A DNA stretch of 63,972 nt, counting the filler, from Rhabdomonas costata (lineage: Eukaryota): assembly GCA_019059605.1 (NCBI GenBank). It is 25 parts of 25 records of this genome, joined end to end, with 100 filler letters (N's around TTAATTAATTAA, not from the genome) between each part and the next. Parts side by side here need not be neighbours in the genome. Positions count along the whole stretch, not along the records: positions 1 to 2,464 come from JAHMHO010003285.1; positions 2,565 to 5,028 come from JAHMHO010003286.1; positions 5,129 to 7,592 come from JAHMHO010003287.1; positions 7,693 to 10,154 come from JAHMHO010003288.1; positions 10,255 to 12,716 come from JAHMHO010003289.1; positions 12,817 to 15,279 come from JAHMHO010003290.1; 19 more parts are not named here. The stretch is one strand, 5' to 3'. Of the stretch, positions 1-13,264 are shown in pieces (the stretch's first letter is position 1; each line of letters starts with the position of its first letter). Below the pieces are notes generated by a model that saw only the letters and a list, made by a program, of their open reading frames with translations, was not told the DNA's origin and ran no database searches. The position numbers were made by a program, and so were the translations under genes.

Positions 1-30
1 GGTGGGGGTGGACGGCAGAGGGGTGCAGAC

Positions 31-945
31 CAGACCCTGGAACTCCGCAAGGGAGGGAGAGCCCGCCCGCAGCGCCCCCTGTAGGGCCTGCTGCGCCAGG
101 CTGGCCAGGCTGAGGTCCAGCACTTCAGGGGAGGCCGCGGCATCCTCCACGTTGCGCAGCAGCTGGGCAACACCAACACATCACACATACGACACCCATA
201 GATTGGTGTCTGGGGTGTGGCAAAGAAGCACACACACACACACGTCTGCAGTGGACTTTTCAAATATCCGCCATTTGTGAAGGCAGTGAATTCCGAACAG
301 TGACCTGCGAGAGTTTTTGCTCACTTTCGGCGGAGTTTCCCGGGGAGATTTCAGGACAGATGAAAGTGCGTTACTGGGAGACGGCGGTCATCTGCAGAAC
401 CTGCTTCGAATGTGAGCTGGTCCACCTCGCTGGCACATCTGAACCGTGGTCCCTTGTCCACACAAACATTCTCTCACTCGCTCTCTCTCTCTCTCTGAGC
501 ACTTGGCAAGGGTGAATGTTTTCTGGGGAGGGTTCGAGGTTCACTGCGTGCATTTCACACGTGCAACAAGGCACTGGTTCATTTGGAGGGATTTCCAGGG
601 TAATCATATGTAGTTACCTCCTCTGCCGCGGGATCTGGAAGTGAAGGGGGTGCTGAAACGCTGCTTCTTCCTTCTTCTGTTCCGTGTCTTTGAAGTTGTT
701 CCTGACGCCTGCCACAATGGAGGTTCTTCCTCCTAATGCTGCAAATGCAGCTGCTGGGCTTGGGCTGAAGTCCTTTGGAACCGTCCCGTCACTGGCGTGT
801 AAGAACTGGTTTTGAGGGAAAAGGGTCACCGCGCTTCTCAAAGAGACAAATACAGGGACCTGCATCACCCGGAACCTGGCCAGGAGGGTGGGGTTCTGCA
901 ATGCGCGCTCCAGCAGTGCGGCGAAGGCGGGGTCCTCTGGGACCC
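31..945 (-). CDS. Partial multi-exon gene, unknown function
   Basis: Four phase-compatible GT-AG-bounded exons 945-860, 652-618, 438-375 and 162-31 splice to GVPEDPAFAALLERALQNPTLLARFRVMQ-HPLHFQIPRQRR-CASEVDQLTFEAGSADDRRLP-LLRNVEDAAASPEVLDL. Further exons are likely upstream to ~2450. Confidence 0.6.
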
Positions 946-2464
946 CTATTGCACACAATGAAAGCAAACTCGGCACCAAAAAAAAGAAGATACAGACAGT
1001 CCCTCATCCGGGGAGTAATGTTCGTTTGCGCCTGCTTAGTTCACCAGCACAGCCCCCAAAACCGCAAAAAGGAACTTCTTCAGTGGCCTATGTCAAACGA
1101 GAAGAGCAGGTGCAAAGAAAAAAGGTCCATTGACTGACTGAACCCCCATGGCCCAGGCCACTCCATGGAAGCCTTCCAATAGATCCCTTCCCAATCATGC
1201 GGCAAGATTCCGTCCCAGCAGGACAAGGGGCAGGGGATGCTCACTTAAAGCGCGAAGAAAAGCAAGTGGGCTAATGGGGATGAATATTGTGATGGGTCCC
1301 AACTCGCAAAGACACATTTCTTGAAGACCAACACGAGATACACAACGAATTATAAAAAAATGGAATTCAAAATAATAAGGCATATCGCCGTGCTTTCATG
1401 AAGGTAAATCGTCGTGCACAAGCGACCAGCCAAAGCATATGCCCGTAAAGGCATAGCCGGCAGTCCTACAGCAGCCGCAGACAAGAAGAAACAACCATGG
1501 ACCCAACGCTGGAAATCTGAGCGACTGTTCTTTTCAAACAGCTTTTTGGAAGCGGCAAAGACCCTGCACCCTGCACTCTGCAGGCATTTCTCATCACAAA
1601 GACAGAATCCCACTGCTGACCTCGGAGCCAAAATTCCATCCCATGGCTGATCACGTACTCCATAATCCACTCGCTGACCTTGACATCTCCCATCTCAGCG
1701 GAAGCCGCGGCCATCCCTCTTGGCACGAGGTGCAGCAAAAAGTGGCTCCACCACCACCCTCCCCTTCCCCCCCAAAAATGCGACCCGGTAAACCGTGCAG
1801 ACAAAGCAGAAGAATAGCAAACTTGGACAACCTGTTTAAGTGCGAGAGACCCGGCTGCGCCCGCGATTTGGGCAGAGAGGGCAGAGAGGTAAGGCAGCCG
1901 ATGTTCCAACCACACCACCACCACATCAACGATCCCCTCTCACTGCTTCCAAAAGCACCCCGTTACCTTCTGACTGAGAGTTAATAGCATGGTTAATCCT
2001 GCCAACAGTGGGACCCATAAAAATGGAGCCGAAACCACATGAACACAACATGACCCGAGAAGACCTGCTGACCTGTCGCAGCGCTGTGCAAGACAGTCTT
2101 CGACATAAATTCTCGCACTCGGTTGGTATAAAGAATCCCTTGGCAGTTTGGGGCCGAATTTCGGTACAATTGCATTGGGGCATTGAATAAAGCATAGGTG
2201 GTTCACGCAACTCTCCCTACCTCTGCATGTCGGCTCATCAGCCTTCATTTCTACGGTAGATCCGTCACCTCCCTGAGAAGCCGCTGACTCAGGCACACAT
2301 GCAACACGCAACGTGCAGCTGGCGGCACTGTTCCATAACTTCCATGAACGGCACGTGCAGAAGCCACAGAGGAAGGCTGGCGGAGAAGAGCAGGCGCCAA
2401 GGAGAGGTTGAAGGCGTGCAGCAGGGCATCAGAGGGCTGAGCACCCAGCACACCCCACCACCCC

Positions 2465-2564
2465 NNNNNNNNNNNNNNNNNNNNNNNNNNNNNNNNNNNN
2501 NNNNNNNNTTAATTAATTAANNNNNNNNNNNNNNNNNNNNNNNNNNNNNNNNNNNNNNNNNNNN
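2465..2564. other. Artificial contig linker (N44-TTAATTAATTAA-N44), first of 24 copies
   Basis: Identical 100-nt spacer with stops in all six frames starts at 2465, 5029, 7593, 10155, 12717, 15280, 17843, 20406, 22971, 25533, 28096, 30656, 33217, 35775, 38337, 40899, 43454, 46014, 48576, 51172, 53732, 56292, 58852 and 61412. Contigs are all about 2.46 kb, as expected for size-sorted concatenation. Confidence 0.98.
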
Positions 2565-3475
2565 GTGGTGGGTGTGTGTGGGTTTTTTTGGCATCTCACT
2601 CAAAATATAAGGATCCTAAAAGGGCAAATAATTCTGCCCCTTTGTTCCCTCTTCCCCCGGTGGGCCAATGTTGGGGCAAAACTGCGCACACCGTAGACCT
2701 ATCTCAACATTGACTTCTGGGGGGATAGGTGGGGACGAAATTGATGACACAGACCCGAAATTGATGACCCGGTTGCACACTTCTTTAAAGTGCGGAATCT
2801 TCAACAGCTCTTGCCGAACCACAGCTATTTGTGGAAATTTTGGCTGATTTTGAGGATGTTATGCCAAATTTGACTCTTTATTTTTTTTGGGGGGGGGTAC
2901 TTCACAAGCGAGCAAGGGAAGGTCACGGTGCAAGAAGGAATTTCATGGGGGAGACTACGCCTTTGGTTCAAAAAGAGCCCTGGGGCAAGGAGTGCCAAAA
3001 ATTTTCGGAATTGTGTGCCATTTTTTTTTACTATGGAGAGGACCCTTTTTAAATTGAGTTTCGTCATTCAGTTTTCATGTTGTCAAATGTTGCATCCGTA
3101 CAAAATCGATAAGGTCAAGTTTCTGTGAGCAAACGATGCAGGATTGGACCGTGGCATGTGTAATCACGGCAGGAGGCCAAGGAAACACAACGACCAAGCA
3201 TAGTCACGTTAACCAAAGAGAAGAGGAGAAAGCAACGCAAAAGTATATAACCAAAACGGGTGGAGCAGAACAGCACAACAGAGAAAAGAACATGACAGTC
3301 AAAAGCAATGAGCGGCGTATCATCAAAAATGTGCTATTTTTCGTGCCTAGCCGCGTGCTCGCCTGCCGGTCAGTGCCTTGTCAAGTGCATACACCGCTCC
3401 CGACATCCCGACATAATGGGGAAGGGACGTAGACGAAAAAAAAAGGGAGAGTTGGGGAATGAGTGGCTTGCTGAC

Positions 3476-3614
3476 CCACGGAGCGCCGGAAGGAGGAGTA
3501 CCGCTCGGGATCCTTGCAAGTCACGCACAGCACGGTCCACCGCCCTCCCTGCAGAAGCTGCAGTCCCCCAAAGATCGTCTCGTCGTCAGAGTGGGACACA
3601 ACCATCAGCCCTTC
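3476..3614 (-). CDS. Exon with PIG-L/LmbE-like deacetylase motif
   Basis: EGLMVVSHSDDETIFGG...WTVLCVT resembles the PIG-L family N-terminal xHPDDE metal-binding motif and following strand. Flanked by cag| and |gtcagc. Confidence 0.5.
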
Positions 3615-3654
3615 CTGCCGCAGTCCCCCCACCGCCGAAGAAGCAACCCCATTG

Positions 3655-3713
3655 CGGTGTTTATCTTTGCGAAGGGATGGGGCTTCGGACCCGCGGGCGA
3701 GTCACTTGCACAG
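3655..3713 (-). repeat. ~60-bp dispersed repeat (second copy 48687-48746, + strand)
   Basis: ctgtgcaagtgactcgcccgcgggtccgaagccccatcccttcgcaaagataaacaccg versus ctgtgcaagtggatcgccagcgggtccgaagccccatctctttcgcgaatataaacaccg on another contig. Confidence 0.75.
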
Positions 3714-5726
3714 CGTGCGCCGTGTTTTGCGCTGCTACGACGAAGTAACCCCCGGTCGTATGGAAGAACGTCTGCTGTGAAAGTCTGCATGTTTGCAAGT
3801 AGAAACAGGTCTTCTTGCTCTTGTTCTTGGCCGACAGGCAAAAGGACTTAACAAACGCGGTGCCCCCCCCAAAAAAAAACCTACACTGATGTAGATGATG
3901 GCTGATGTTCACTGCCGAGAGCCATTTGTCTGAGCCCCCTTTCGCAGAGATAGAGGCAGGTGGGTTTTTGTACACATTTTGTGGGTGCCGTTCATGTGCC
4001 AAGATGCACGGGTAGGTACTGGCCTGAGGTGTAAGGACCGGCCACACAGCGTTTCGGGTTTTGGGGGGCCCACTGAACGTACAAAAGACCCTAGGCCTGC
4101 TTCAGCTTCGCCCTCAGCTACCATAACAAGAAAGGTTTCACCAGGGGGACAATGCTATCCTTTGCAAAAATCTCAAAGAGTCGGGGGAGAGCTGTTTCTC
4201 AGAGATCAATTTACGACCTGCTTTCAAAAGCCCACTGCAACATTCGAAATGATTATTTGTGATTTGTGAAAGCCCCCCCAAAGACACCTTGACCTGCGCA
4301 GAGACAGAAAAAATGCAAAAGCCGACACAAATTTACAGCCAGCAAGGTTCCAAATTGATTTCATACCTTTTCAGACGTGCACCGACGCAACGCGAACCAC
4401 CCCTCCTCATAAAAAACAAACACAACACAAACACACTGCGTGTGTCCTGTTGTCCGGGGGCAGGAAGGTCAGACCATCAACCACGCACTCTGGGAGGACA
4501 AAGTGCATCCGAGTCAGCCCCAGCAAGCACCGGTACAGCTTGGCCGCGCTCCAGGGCTCTCCAGCCCTTCCGGAGTCTGGCTCGCCGCCGCTGGCATGCG
4601 GAGTGTCCACAAGACTTCTCAGGGAAGCAGCCCCAGTTCCAGCTTCCTCCCCCATCACCGCACCTGTCCGTGAAGCTAGGCACAGCGCCAGCATCAGGTA
4701 AGTCTCACACAGGAGGGACATAGGGCCACAGGTTTCTGGCTTCACACAGCATCCAGTTAAGCGGCAAAGCCGCAGAGCTCTTCAAAGGAAAGGGACATAA
4801 CCACAACAATAAAAACTCGATGCCCAGCACAGATATTTTGCCACGCTTCACATTACAATGCTGGCAGCAGATGAACAACAAAAGTGCTGTCGGTCCACAG
4901 ATATGGGGAAAGCAGGGCAAATGCAATCCTTCGTATTTTACCCTCGCAGGGTCCTATTTGGTGAAGTATTCCGATGGGCGCAGGCAGGCCGATCACTGGC
5001 TCTCATATTTTTTAACGACCCACACACCNNNNNNNNNNNNNNNNNNNNNNNNNNNNNNNNNNNNNNNNNNNNTTAATTAATTAANNNNNNNNNNNNNNNN
5101 NNNNNNNNNNNNNNNNNNNNNNNNNNNNGGTGGTTTTTATTGCTGCTGCAGTTTACACATTGGGGAGTCTTTCATGGACTTGCCGCCACTACATTCTTGG
5201 AGTCGGTAATCCTGTTTTTGCCAATAAACCACCACGAGTTCTTAGCTTACGGTGTGACCTGCTTCACTGGGAGAGCGAATCGCACAGATCCGTTGTGAGC
5301 TCATTTTATTGGTAAAGGCTTTTGCGAGTGCGAGTGCAAAGAATGCATCACCGGGATTTCTCACCCAAGCAGTCCCCAGTGGAAACAGAGCACTGCCTAC
5401 GCAAAAACCCCGACACCCGCATTTCATACGACAATTACTCCAGAGTCCGTTGTATGAAAACCTCTCAATTTGATGCCGAAGAAATCCTGATGTTGTCGAC
5501 ACTTTCTATTCAGCGCGATTCTTGCATTTCCAGGGAGAATGGCAAAAAAACAACCCACAGATTTGTGTGGATGGATTGACATCCTGCGACGTTGACCAGG
5601 GCGATGTTTTTATCTGATGGTCCTGCGTGTTCTACCGCTTCGCAGCTCGCGGCGTGCGTGGCTCCGCACAGATTTCATGGCGAGAAACAACCCACACACA
5701 CAGACGCTGCAGCAGCAGGTTGGAAC

Positions 5727-7409
5727 CTTCTGTGGGAGCGTTGATCGGGGCTTTGGCCTCCAGGAGGTACTCCAGCACCTCGAGCTGCCCGGTCTCCGCG
5801 GCGGTGTGCAGGGGCTGCACCCCACCTGCGATCGCCTGCGTCACGGACACCCCGAGCTCGACCAGCCTCTTCACACACTCCAGCGCGCCCTGGCTGACGG
5901 CCTGTGGGAAGTGCGGGGCATCGGGGAGACCACGAGGAGCACGCAAGACAAAAGAAGGAAAGCAAGCAAAGCGGCAGAACAGACCAACAGGAAAATGGGT
6001 GCTCCAATGTCGCTGGTGGAACAGCTGTGAAACAAGTTGGTGCCTTACAAGAAGCGAATGTCGAGCCACCGTGGTGCCATCTGGGATCACTCATGAAAAC
6101 ATTGTGCGCTCGCAATCGTGATAATAAATAAAACGCCCGCAAACGATCAAAAGCAAAACAAGCACACTGCAGAGCAACCTAAAATGGACGGCCTCACCAG
6201 AGAAATCCAGCAGAAGGAAGGCGCACGAAAGAAGGCGCACGAGAGTCGCTTTTGAAACGCCTTAGCCCAGAGCACCGTTGCGAATACTTCGAGTTGGGAT
6301 GCAGTACCAATGAGGTCACGTGGGTAAGAATTGAAGGAAAGAATTATTGGCCAATCAGGGCAACAGGGCCAATCAGGGCAACAGGGCAACAGCCAATCAG
6401 GGCAACAAGCGGCAACAGTCATGGATGCCACCACACACATCGAGGTGCGGCACACCAGGAACATCGGGGTGCGGCCATCCTGGGTCGCCTTGAGGGGATC
6501 CGCCGCGTTGGTCATCAGCCACTGCACCGCCGAGGCCTGGGCATTGCGGATGGCGATGAATAGCGGGGTGGAGCCGTCGAAGTCGGTGGCGTTGACGTCC
6601 ATCCCGAAGGGATGCAGCATCCCCATCAGGTTGACTCGACCATCCTGAGGACACAGGAAATCGTGCGGCGGGCGTCGTCCCCACCCATTTCCTTTCACCC
6701 ATTTCTCAACCCAGCATCCCCCGCTTGGGTTGACCGCGCACACAGGTCTCCCTCTTTCCTTGCCCTTGACAAAGGACATGGTTCTCCCCTGTACGAAGCC
6801 GAGATATAAAAATGCTCAAAGTTAGCCAAAATTAGGTACAAAAACCCCAAAATAGGCAAGAGAGAGAGCTCCAAATAGCCCAAACAGGCAAAATTTGCTC
6901 ATAAATAGCATCTGGGTCATCAATCAATCGTTCACTCGACTGGTTCAATCAATTTCGTCCCGCGAAAAACCCCGAAAAGAGAGAATCTACGGTGTGTGTG
7001 TACGCAGTTTTTGTCAGTCAGAAAACAAGCTCCGAGGTCGGAACGTTTAAAAAGGCGAAAATGGCAGCTTCTACATTTTTAGGGTCACCTGATTTTGGGT
7101 TAGAGTTAGGGTTTGAGCTGGTGTTGGTTTGTTAAGAGATTAGACTCCTGATTTCGGCTCATCCAAATGAAGCAGATGAAGCCAATGAAGCCGCATCCAC
7201 GGCAAGCGAGGAGAAGCCAACCGCATTCCTGAAAATGGGCAAGCCTTCATCGACACCACAGTTCCCATACCATACCTGTGCCAGAACATGCAGAACGGTC
7301 ATCCCGGTGGTGTTGTCGCAGCGCTGGTTGGGATTCGCTTTAGCAGCCAGCAGAAGCTGCAGAGTGGGCATGGAGTTCCCCCTCACGGCGATCAGCAGGG
7401 TGGTGTTTC
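5727..7409 (-). CDS. Ankyrin-repeat protein (partial, 3 exons)
   Basis: Exons 7409-7276, 6644-6456 and 5901-5727 with GT-AG introns. Repeated ankyrin motifs GNTTLLIAV, GMTVLHVLA, DGSTPLFIA, DGRTPMFLA, GVQPLHTAAETGQLEVLEYLL. Confidence 0.9.
6349..6418 (+). repeat. Intronic minisatellite (ccaatcagggcaacag units)
   Basis: Three imperfect tandem copies directly visible. Confidence 0.8.
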
Positions 7410-8899
7410 CTGCAGAGCCACACAAATCACACATCGCTCACCCGAAAGTACTCGCCCATGGCTGCGCTAGCTTCCGCCCTTAACCTAATGCGGTCCCATT
7501 TCACAAAGTCCAAAACGCTCAAAAACGTTAAAGTTTTGACGCCCCCCCCCCCAATAAATGGTCCAGCCTTTTTACAACTTTTCCAACCCCACNNNNNNNN
7601 NNNNNNNNNNNNNNNNNNNNNNNNNNNNNNNNNNNNTTAATTAATTAANNNNNNNNNNNNNNNNNNNNNNNNNNNNNNNNNNNNNNNNNNNNAGATTAGG
7701 ACCTCAGCGGGTGAACGGCACACCGCCTCAAAGGATTAGGGGAAGGGGTGACCCCGAAGAAAGAATAACTATCAAAATCTATAATTTGGTTTCAGGTCGA
7801 AATCAACCCACGCACACTATTTAGAACGCACAAAAGTATGAAAGAAAACGCAATTTTCTTGGGCTTTGCCCCGTGGTTCTCCTTCTCTCTCTGGCTCATT
7901 CGGGCCCGGAAGGGCCTTAAAAAAGACGAAATCAAAGGCAACAAACGGGGTTTCCACCAAAGGGGGGCACAGCGTACCACAGAGCACGAAGGCAAGCAAC
8001 AGCACAGCCAAAGATCAAAAGGGAACCGCTTTGACATTGAAATTCCCGCGCCGGTCCCGGTGGGCCGAAATCCATTGCCCCAAGGGGCTTGGCATTCCAT
8101 ACCTAGGGCGCCTTGTGCCCGACTGGCTTGTTGCGGCCCCTTTTTCCTGCTTGCGTTTTGCTCTTTGTCGGTCTCCTGGAATGAATCCATCCCGCTGTTG
8201 TAGTTTCAGGGTTTTCCGGCGGGGCAGACATCCCGGTAGCCGGGTTTCAAGCCGGATCGACACAAGTGCCTTATGACCCTACTTGAAACTCAAAGGGAAA
8301 CCCGCAGAAGAATCCGACGTGCAATTGTTCTTGGGCACACCCAATATCCGACGAAAATGGCCAATCCTCTGCCAGATCGTGCGGCACGGCGCGTTCCAAA
8401 AGGGTTCTGCGCTTCGGCTTTTTCTCGCCGCCGGCGCCTTGGCGCTAGACTTGCGGCTTTCATCCCCTTTTTGCCCGCGCCATGCGCCCTTTTTATGCCA
8501 TTCCATTTGCCTCCGGCCGCTTCCTTCCGGCTCCTTGCACCCCGATTTGTTTCCCAACTTCTTCTCCTTAACCTGCCTTGTGTTTCCTTTGTTTCTATCG
8601 TGCCTCTTCGCAAATTTTTCGCCTCTTAGAATTTGCCTCGTCGGCTGCCTTTGTGGGTTTGTGCTGAACAAATCTTCCGCGCATTGGCGTCTCGAAGGTA
8701 AGCCTACTGGAGAAATTCTTCTTCATCCGGAAAAAATTAATAGCAGGGGCTTGTTTCAACATCTCACCCACGCCCGTCTTGCTTTGGGGTGATAATGGGA
8801 ATGAATTGCCCTTGAGGCAGTGCATTTTCAGCTGTTCCATCCTACGTCGTGGTACTGGTCTCATGCCTTTGCCTTCTTGCACCAGCCTTTGGATATGAT

Positions 8900-10150
8900 C
8901 AACGCGAAACCGCGGCCTAAAGAGACCAAAAGAGACCTAAAGATACAAAATGGCAGGCAACGTGTAGGACACATGGTACTTAGAAATAATCTCCGTGGAT
9001 CTGGCTTTACGCACGATCATGCCGTCTTATTCCTTAAAGCGGCTGGAATAAAAGCAGTTGGAACCATGAGGATATCAGAATCTTCAACAGAGTACTTTTT
9101 CCGGAACGGCAGGTCATGCATCTAGTTCTGCCTCCAATCGGGAATGTGTTCCGCATCAAACCGGGCAGACTGGCAGGGATAAAAGTACACTTTTCGTGTC
9201 ACCGCAATAACCGGCAACTGGTTTGCAACAGGCAAATGGCACGCACACGCACACGGGAGGCCGCTGGCACCTTCCCGTGAACAGCCGAACTCATCTTCAT
9301 GTCATCGTCAGGCTACGGTACAAAGCGTCAGCTGCAGTGTAAGTTTGCCTGGAATGTTGTAGATGTTCAGGTGGCTGTACACATGCGGCTTTCTTAACCA
9401 CCGCGAATGGCGCGTGTATCGTCGCGATAAATTTGTTCTGAACTGTCCTAATGATGTGGATATCTGAGCACAGCAGGTAATGCATCCAGCCATCCATCGC
9501 TTCCAATAATGGAATTATCTTCTCTTCGTTAACTTGTTAAATATTTTACGTCTTTTTGGGCTTCCTTTAGCGAAAATTAATGACCCTTTGCACATCTTCG
9601 AAATACAAGTGCAACAAATCGGTGTGGCACCGATTTCAACCTCTGACACATCCGCGCGCAACAGAAGGCTTTTCATGTCCTTGGGAATTATTACTGGCGC
9701 ATGCAACAGTAGAGAAATCTGTAACTCAAACGCCTGCTGCTGCGCTGGCAACCATGCACACTCTAGGCCATTCCGCATCAGGTCTTTCAAACGCACATGC
9801 CCAAAGAACACCGCACTTCCAAAACGTCCTTGGGTACGATAAGATTACTCACGGCAAGGAGCTTCTGAATCTGCGAGCGAATTCACAATTTCCCAGTATA
9901 ACGGCTAACAGTACTCAGTTTCAGACTGTTTCCTGGTGTACTTCTACGGGAACGCGAAAAGCGCTCCTTCAGGAATTAATCGTATCTTTGTTTCTTTAGT
10001 AATTGATATAATACTCGTCAGTGCTTAACGCTTTTTGATCATCCTTGTAACATTTTAAGTCCAGATTTCAGAGCGCACTGTTGATCTGAGCGTAGGCATG
10101 GCGATTGAAACGGCTCTCGCCAAACGTCTGGTAAACGTGGCGACACCAAA
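8900..10150 (-). mobile_element. Decayed Ty3/Gypsy LTR-retrotransposon pol (RT end, RNase H, start of integrase)
   Basis: Frameshifted motifs in the expected order: LAVSNLVVPKDVLEVRCSLGM, LKDLMRNGLECAWLPAQQQAFEL...HAPV, ADVSEVEIGA (cf. TDASxxGIGA), WMHYLL, IPGK...ADALYR (cf. ADALSR). Many stops. Boundaries approximate. Confidence 0.8.
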
Positions 10151-10499
10151 AACANNNNNNNNNNNNNNNNNNNNNNNNNNNNNNNNNNNNNNNNNNNNTT
10201 AATTAATTAANNNNNNNNNNNNNNNNNNNNNNNNNNNNNNNNNNNNNNNNNNNNATGAACCAAAACATGGTGTCAGCACGACGCATGACAATGGAGCTCT
10301 CTGCAGAGGATCCCCTCAGTGGGGGCAGCAGGCAGGCACAAATCAGATAGGCACAGACCGCAACCATTCTGTTCACATTCCCGGAGTACCATGCATCACC
10401 CTCAACACTGCCCTCAACCCCTATCCATGACGCACCATTCTATCGCACTGCCACAACTATCACCAGAACATGTAGGCAGATGGGGGGGGGGATGCATGC

Positions 10500-12690
10500 C
10501 TTGCTAACGCGGCAATCGTCGAAGTGGTACCACGAGGAGTCAATGCAGTTGCGGCACTCCGCGGTGTAGTGGCCCCCGCATAGCCCACCGATGTGATTGA
10601 TCACCCCCACCAGATCGTACTTCAGTGGCGCTGTTTGGATTGGGTAACGTTGGCAAACATTGGGCAGCGGTGAGCAGTAAACCGAGGAAAGGAATAAAGT
10701 GCGGAAACTATGGTGGAGAGATTACGGAAAGACGTAGGACGGCACAGCAGTGGGGGCGCACTGGTGTTTTGGTAAGGCATCCTTTTCCTGACCCCACCTC
10801 ACATAACCTACGAGCATCAGCAAAAGACGAAAGGACAAAAGTCGAATAAAAAACGCATGACGTTGTTAAACCTTAACGGCAAAACGGCAATTGACTGCGC
10901 CAATGCCGAAGGTATGCGATCTTGCCCGCTAAGGTCCTCGACTCCGCCGCCCTTTCCAGCCGTCCCGCGGACTGGCTGTAAATCTGTCCCACACAAGTGT
11001 TCCAGCTCACCTGAAGCCTCGGTGTTGTCCGAGAGAATGCTCACGTTCAGGCCACGCTTCGGAATCTTCACCTCATCCTCGATCTTCTGGCGGTTGCGGA
11101 ACCTCTTCAGGTCTGCGTGATGGAAAGCAAATGAATATGGATGCAGATGAGTGTGGGGCATTGCCTCGCTGCTTGTCTTATCCCAACTTGGCAGCCGCTC
11201 ATTCAAACACAATGCTGATCTTTTCGGAGGGACCTGATTGTGGGAGAAGGGAAAACTAGCGGTAGTGTGGGGGAGGGAAGGGGAAGGGGGCATACGAAGC
11301 ACAAGGACCTCCGGGAATCTCCGGACGGTCATCCTTTTCTTGGCCTCGCGGTGCTTCTTGCAGCTCTGGCAGTAGAACATCTCCGAGCCCTGTAGCGGTA
11401 GGGGGCGAGATAGGGCTTCAAGGGCAGAACCATGCCTCCGCGGCCCTAACCCTAACACCTAAAACCTAACCCGACCACCAACTACGAAGCAAAAATAGCC
11501 ATACAAAAAATAGGTATTCTATGTTCCCCTCTCCCTCCCTTCCCCATTCCTTTCGTTTTCTCCATCCTTGCTGTTCACGGCGATCCCCACGTCTTTCTCT
11601 CACTGCGCATTGTTGCATGTTACGTCACTTCACACTATATGACCAAATGCCTTGTCTCCCTAAACCGATGGTGCAGCAATCCGACGCCTCACCCAATGAG
11701 GGCGCGGTGCTGAATCGGGTTCCTCCAGTTCACAACCGCCAACACACATTGAGCTGGGTGTGAAGGGGGAACACAGGTAGGGATATTGTCAGGCACCGAA
11801 GTCGGCTCGAATCCAGAATGAAGGCAACTCTGGCCCCACCAGAACCAGGACTTCCCCAGTGTAACAAGGGGGACAGCAGGCGCCTGATTGGGGACATCAG
11901 TTGCCTGAAGACGCGGAGTCTTGAGCAGTCGCACGACTTAATACTTAAGATAATGACTGAGAAAGGTCCATCTCCCTCCCACAAAAACGGGGTATTCTTC
12001 AGTCACCACAGGGTGCTCTTTCTTTCGCTGAGAGGTCGAAACAGCAGGAAGATTCGTGCACCGCCAACACACACACACACACAACAAACAGTTCAGAGGC
12101 GCACCCCCCACCCACATCACTCCCCACACGCACACCGTCAAGCGCTCCTCTTCCACAAACTTAGCCAGGCAGTCCTGCAAGGAGCACCCGCTTTTCGGCG
12201 GGGGCTGTGAGGAAATAGATTGAATGGGAACGAGAACCGCTGAAATGTCCCACACATAGGATACGATCCCAAGATGCTCACCACTCGAACAATCGTTATG
12301 GGAACAATGACATGCCGCAGAAACCAGGCACCGAGAGGGACCCAACACGTTTGCAAAGTTACAAAACGTTTCAAAACGCAGGCAATGCACGCAGGAGAAG
12401 AGCACCTACCCCTCTCCGTTGGAAGTTTCTTTGGGACTCAGACGTTGCGTTAGGATTGAAAATTGGTTTCCCCTCCACGCGCACTGAAAATTGGTTTCCC
12501 TCTCTGCAGCCCATCAATTCGCCTGAAGCTACCATGGGGGGCCTTGGACATGTTCGGTGGACTCCCTGCATGCACTTGAGGCACACCGAAGGCAGGTTCA
12601 GCGAGAGGTCCCAAAATGGGTCGAAGGCCTTGGAGACAGTCTTGCACTTGCAGCACACCACGTGGCTGCGGAGCTGCCCCGTGAAGAGCT
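10500..12690 (-). CDS. Ubiquitin carboxyl-terminal hydrolase (USP/C19), partial, 5 exons
   Basis: Exons 12690-12587, 12204-12136, 11389-11296, 11112-11011 and 10630-~10500 give LFTGQLRSHVVCCKC...FDPFWDLSL, SLQDCL..F..EE.L, YCQSC...AKKRM....FPEVLVLHLKRF and the His box YDLVGVINHIGGLCGGHYTA...WYHFDD. Confidence 0.95.
11444..11472 (+). repeat. Degenerate interstitial telomere-like repeats (CCCTAA)n inside an intron
   Basis: ccctaaccctaacacctaaaacctaacc. A similar gggttagagttagggtt lies at ~7097-7113. Confidence 0.6.
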
Positions 12691-13264
12691 CTGCGCAAAA
12701 CGCAATACAAAAACACNNNNNNNNNNNNNNNNNNNNNNNNNNNNNNNNNNNNNNNNNNNNTTAATTAATTAANNNNNNNNNNNNNNNNNNNNNNNNNNNN
12801 NNNNNNNNNNNNNNNNGGGTGGGGGGGGACTGGTTCGGACCATATTGGTGGCATGCTCGACTCCACTAAATTGAGTCGGTACTTCGCGTACATCTCTACG
12901 CTCAGTTAGGGTTTCAGGGCTTTTTCGACACTTTTAGTGGCGCGTTTTTTATAGGACCTTAGCAGGCGTGCACACTGAGCCTTATTTTTCGACCAAGGGT
13001 GCTTTGGGTCTTGTGTTTTGAATCTTGCTGGCGAAAAAAGTAAAAGAATTCGTTCAGCTGACACATTGTCAGCTCTCCTGTGCGATTTACGGATTTTATG
13101 CGCAGTCGTGCACTATTGGGGGCCACGACCGCTCATGCGGTATCTGCGGTAAGGAAAAGTGTGGAGGCATATGTAGTTGCTTTGCTCAGTGAAATCTTAT
13201 TCGTTCGTTCGTTTGATGCTCCAGGCAGTACTCGCTTTCACTGTTTTGTGATAGGCCTTTGTAG

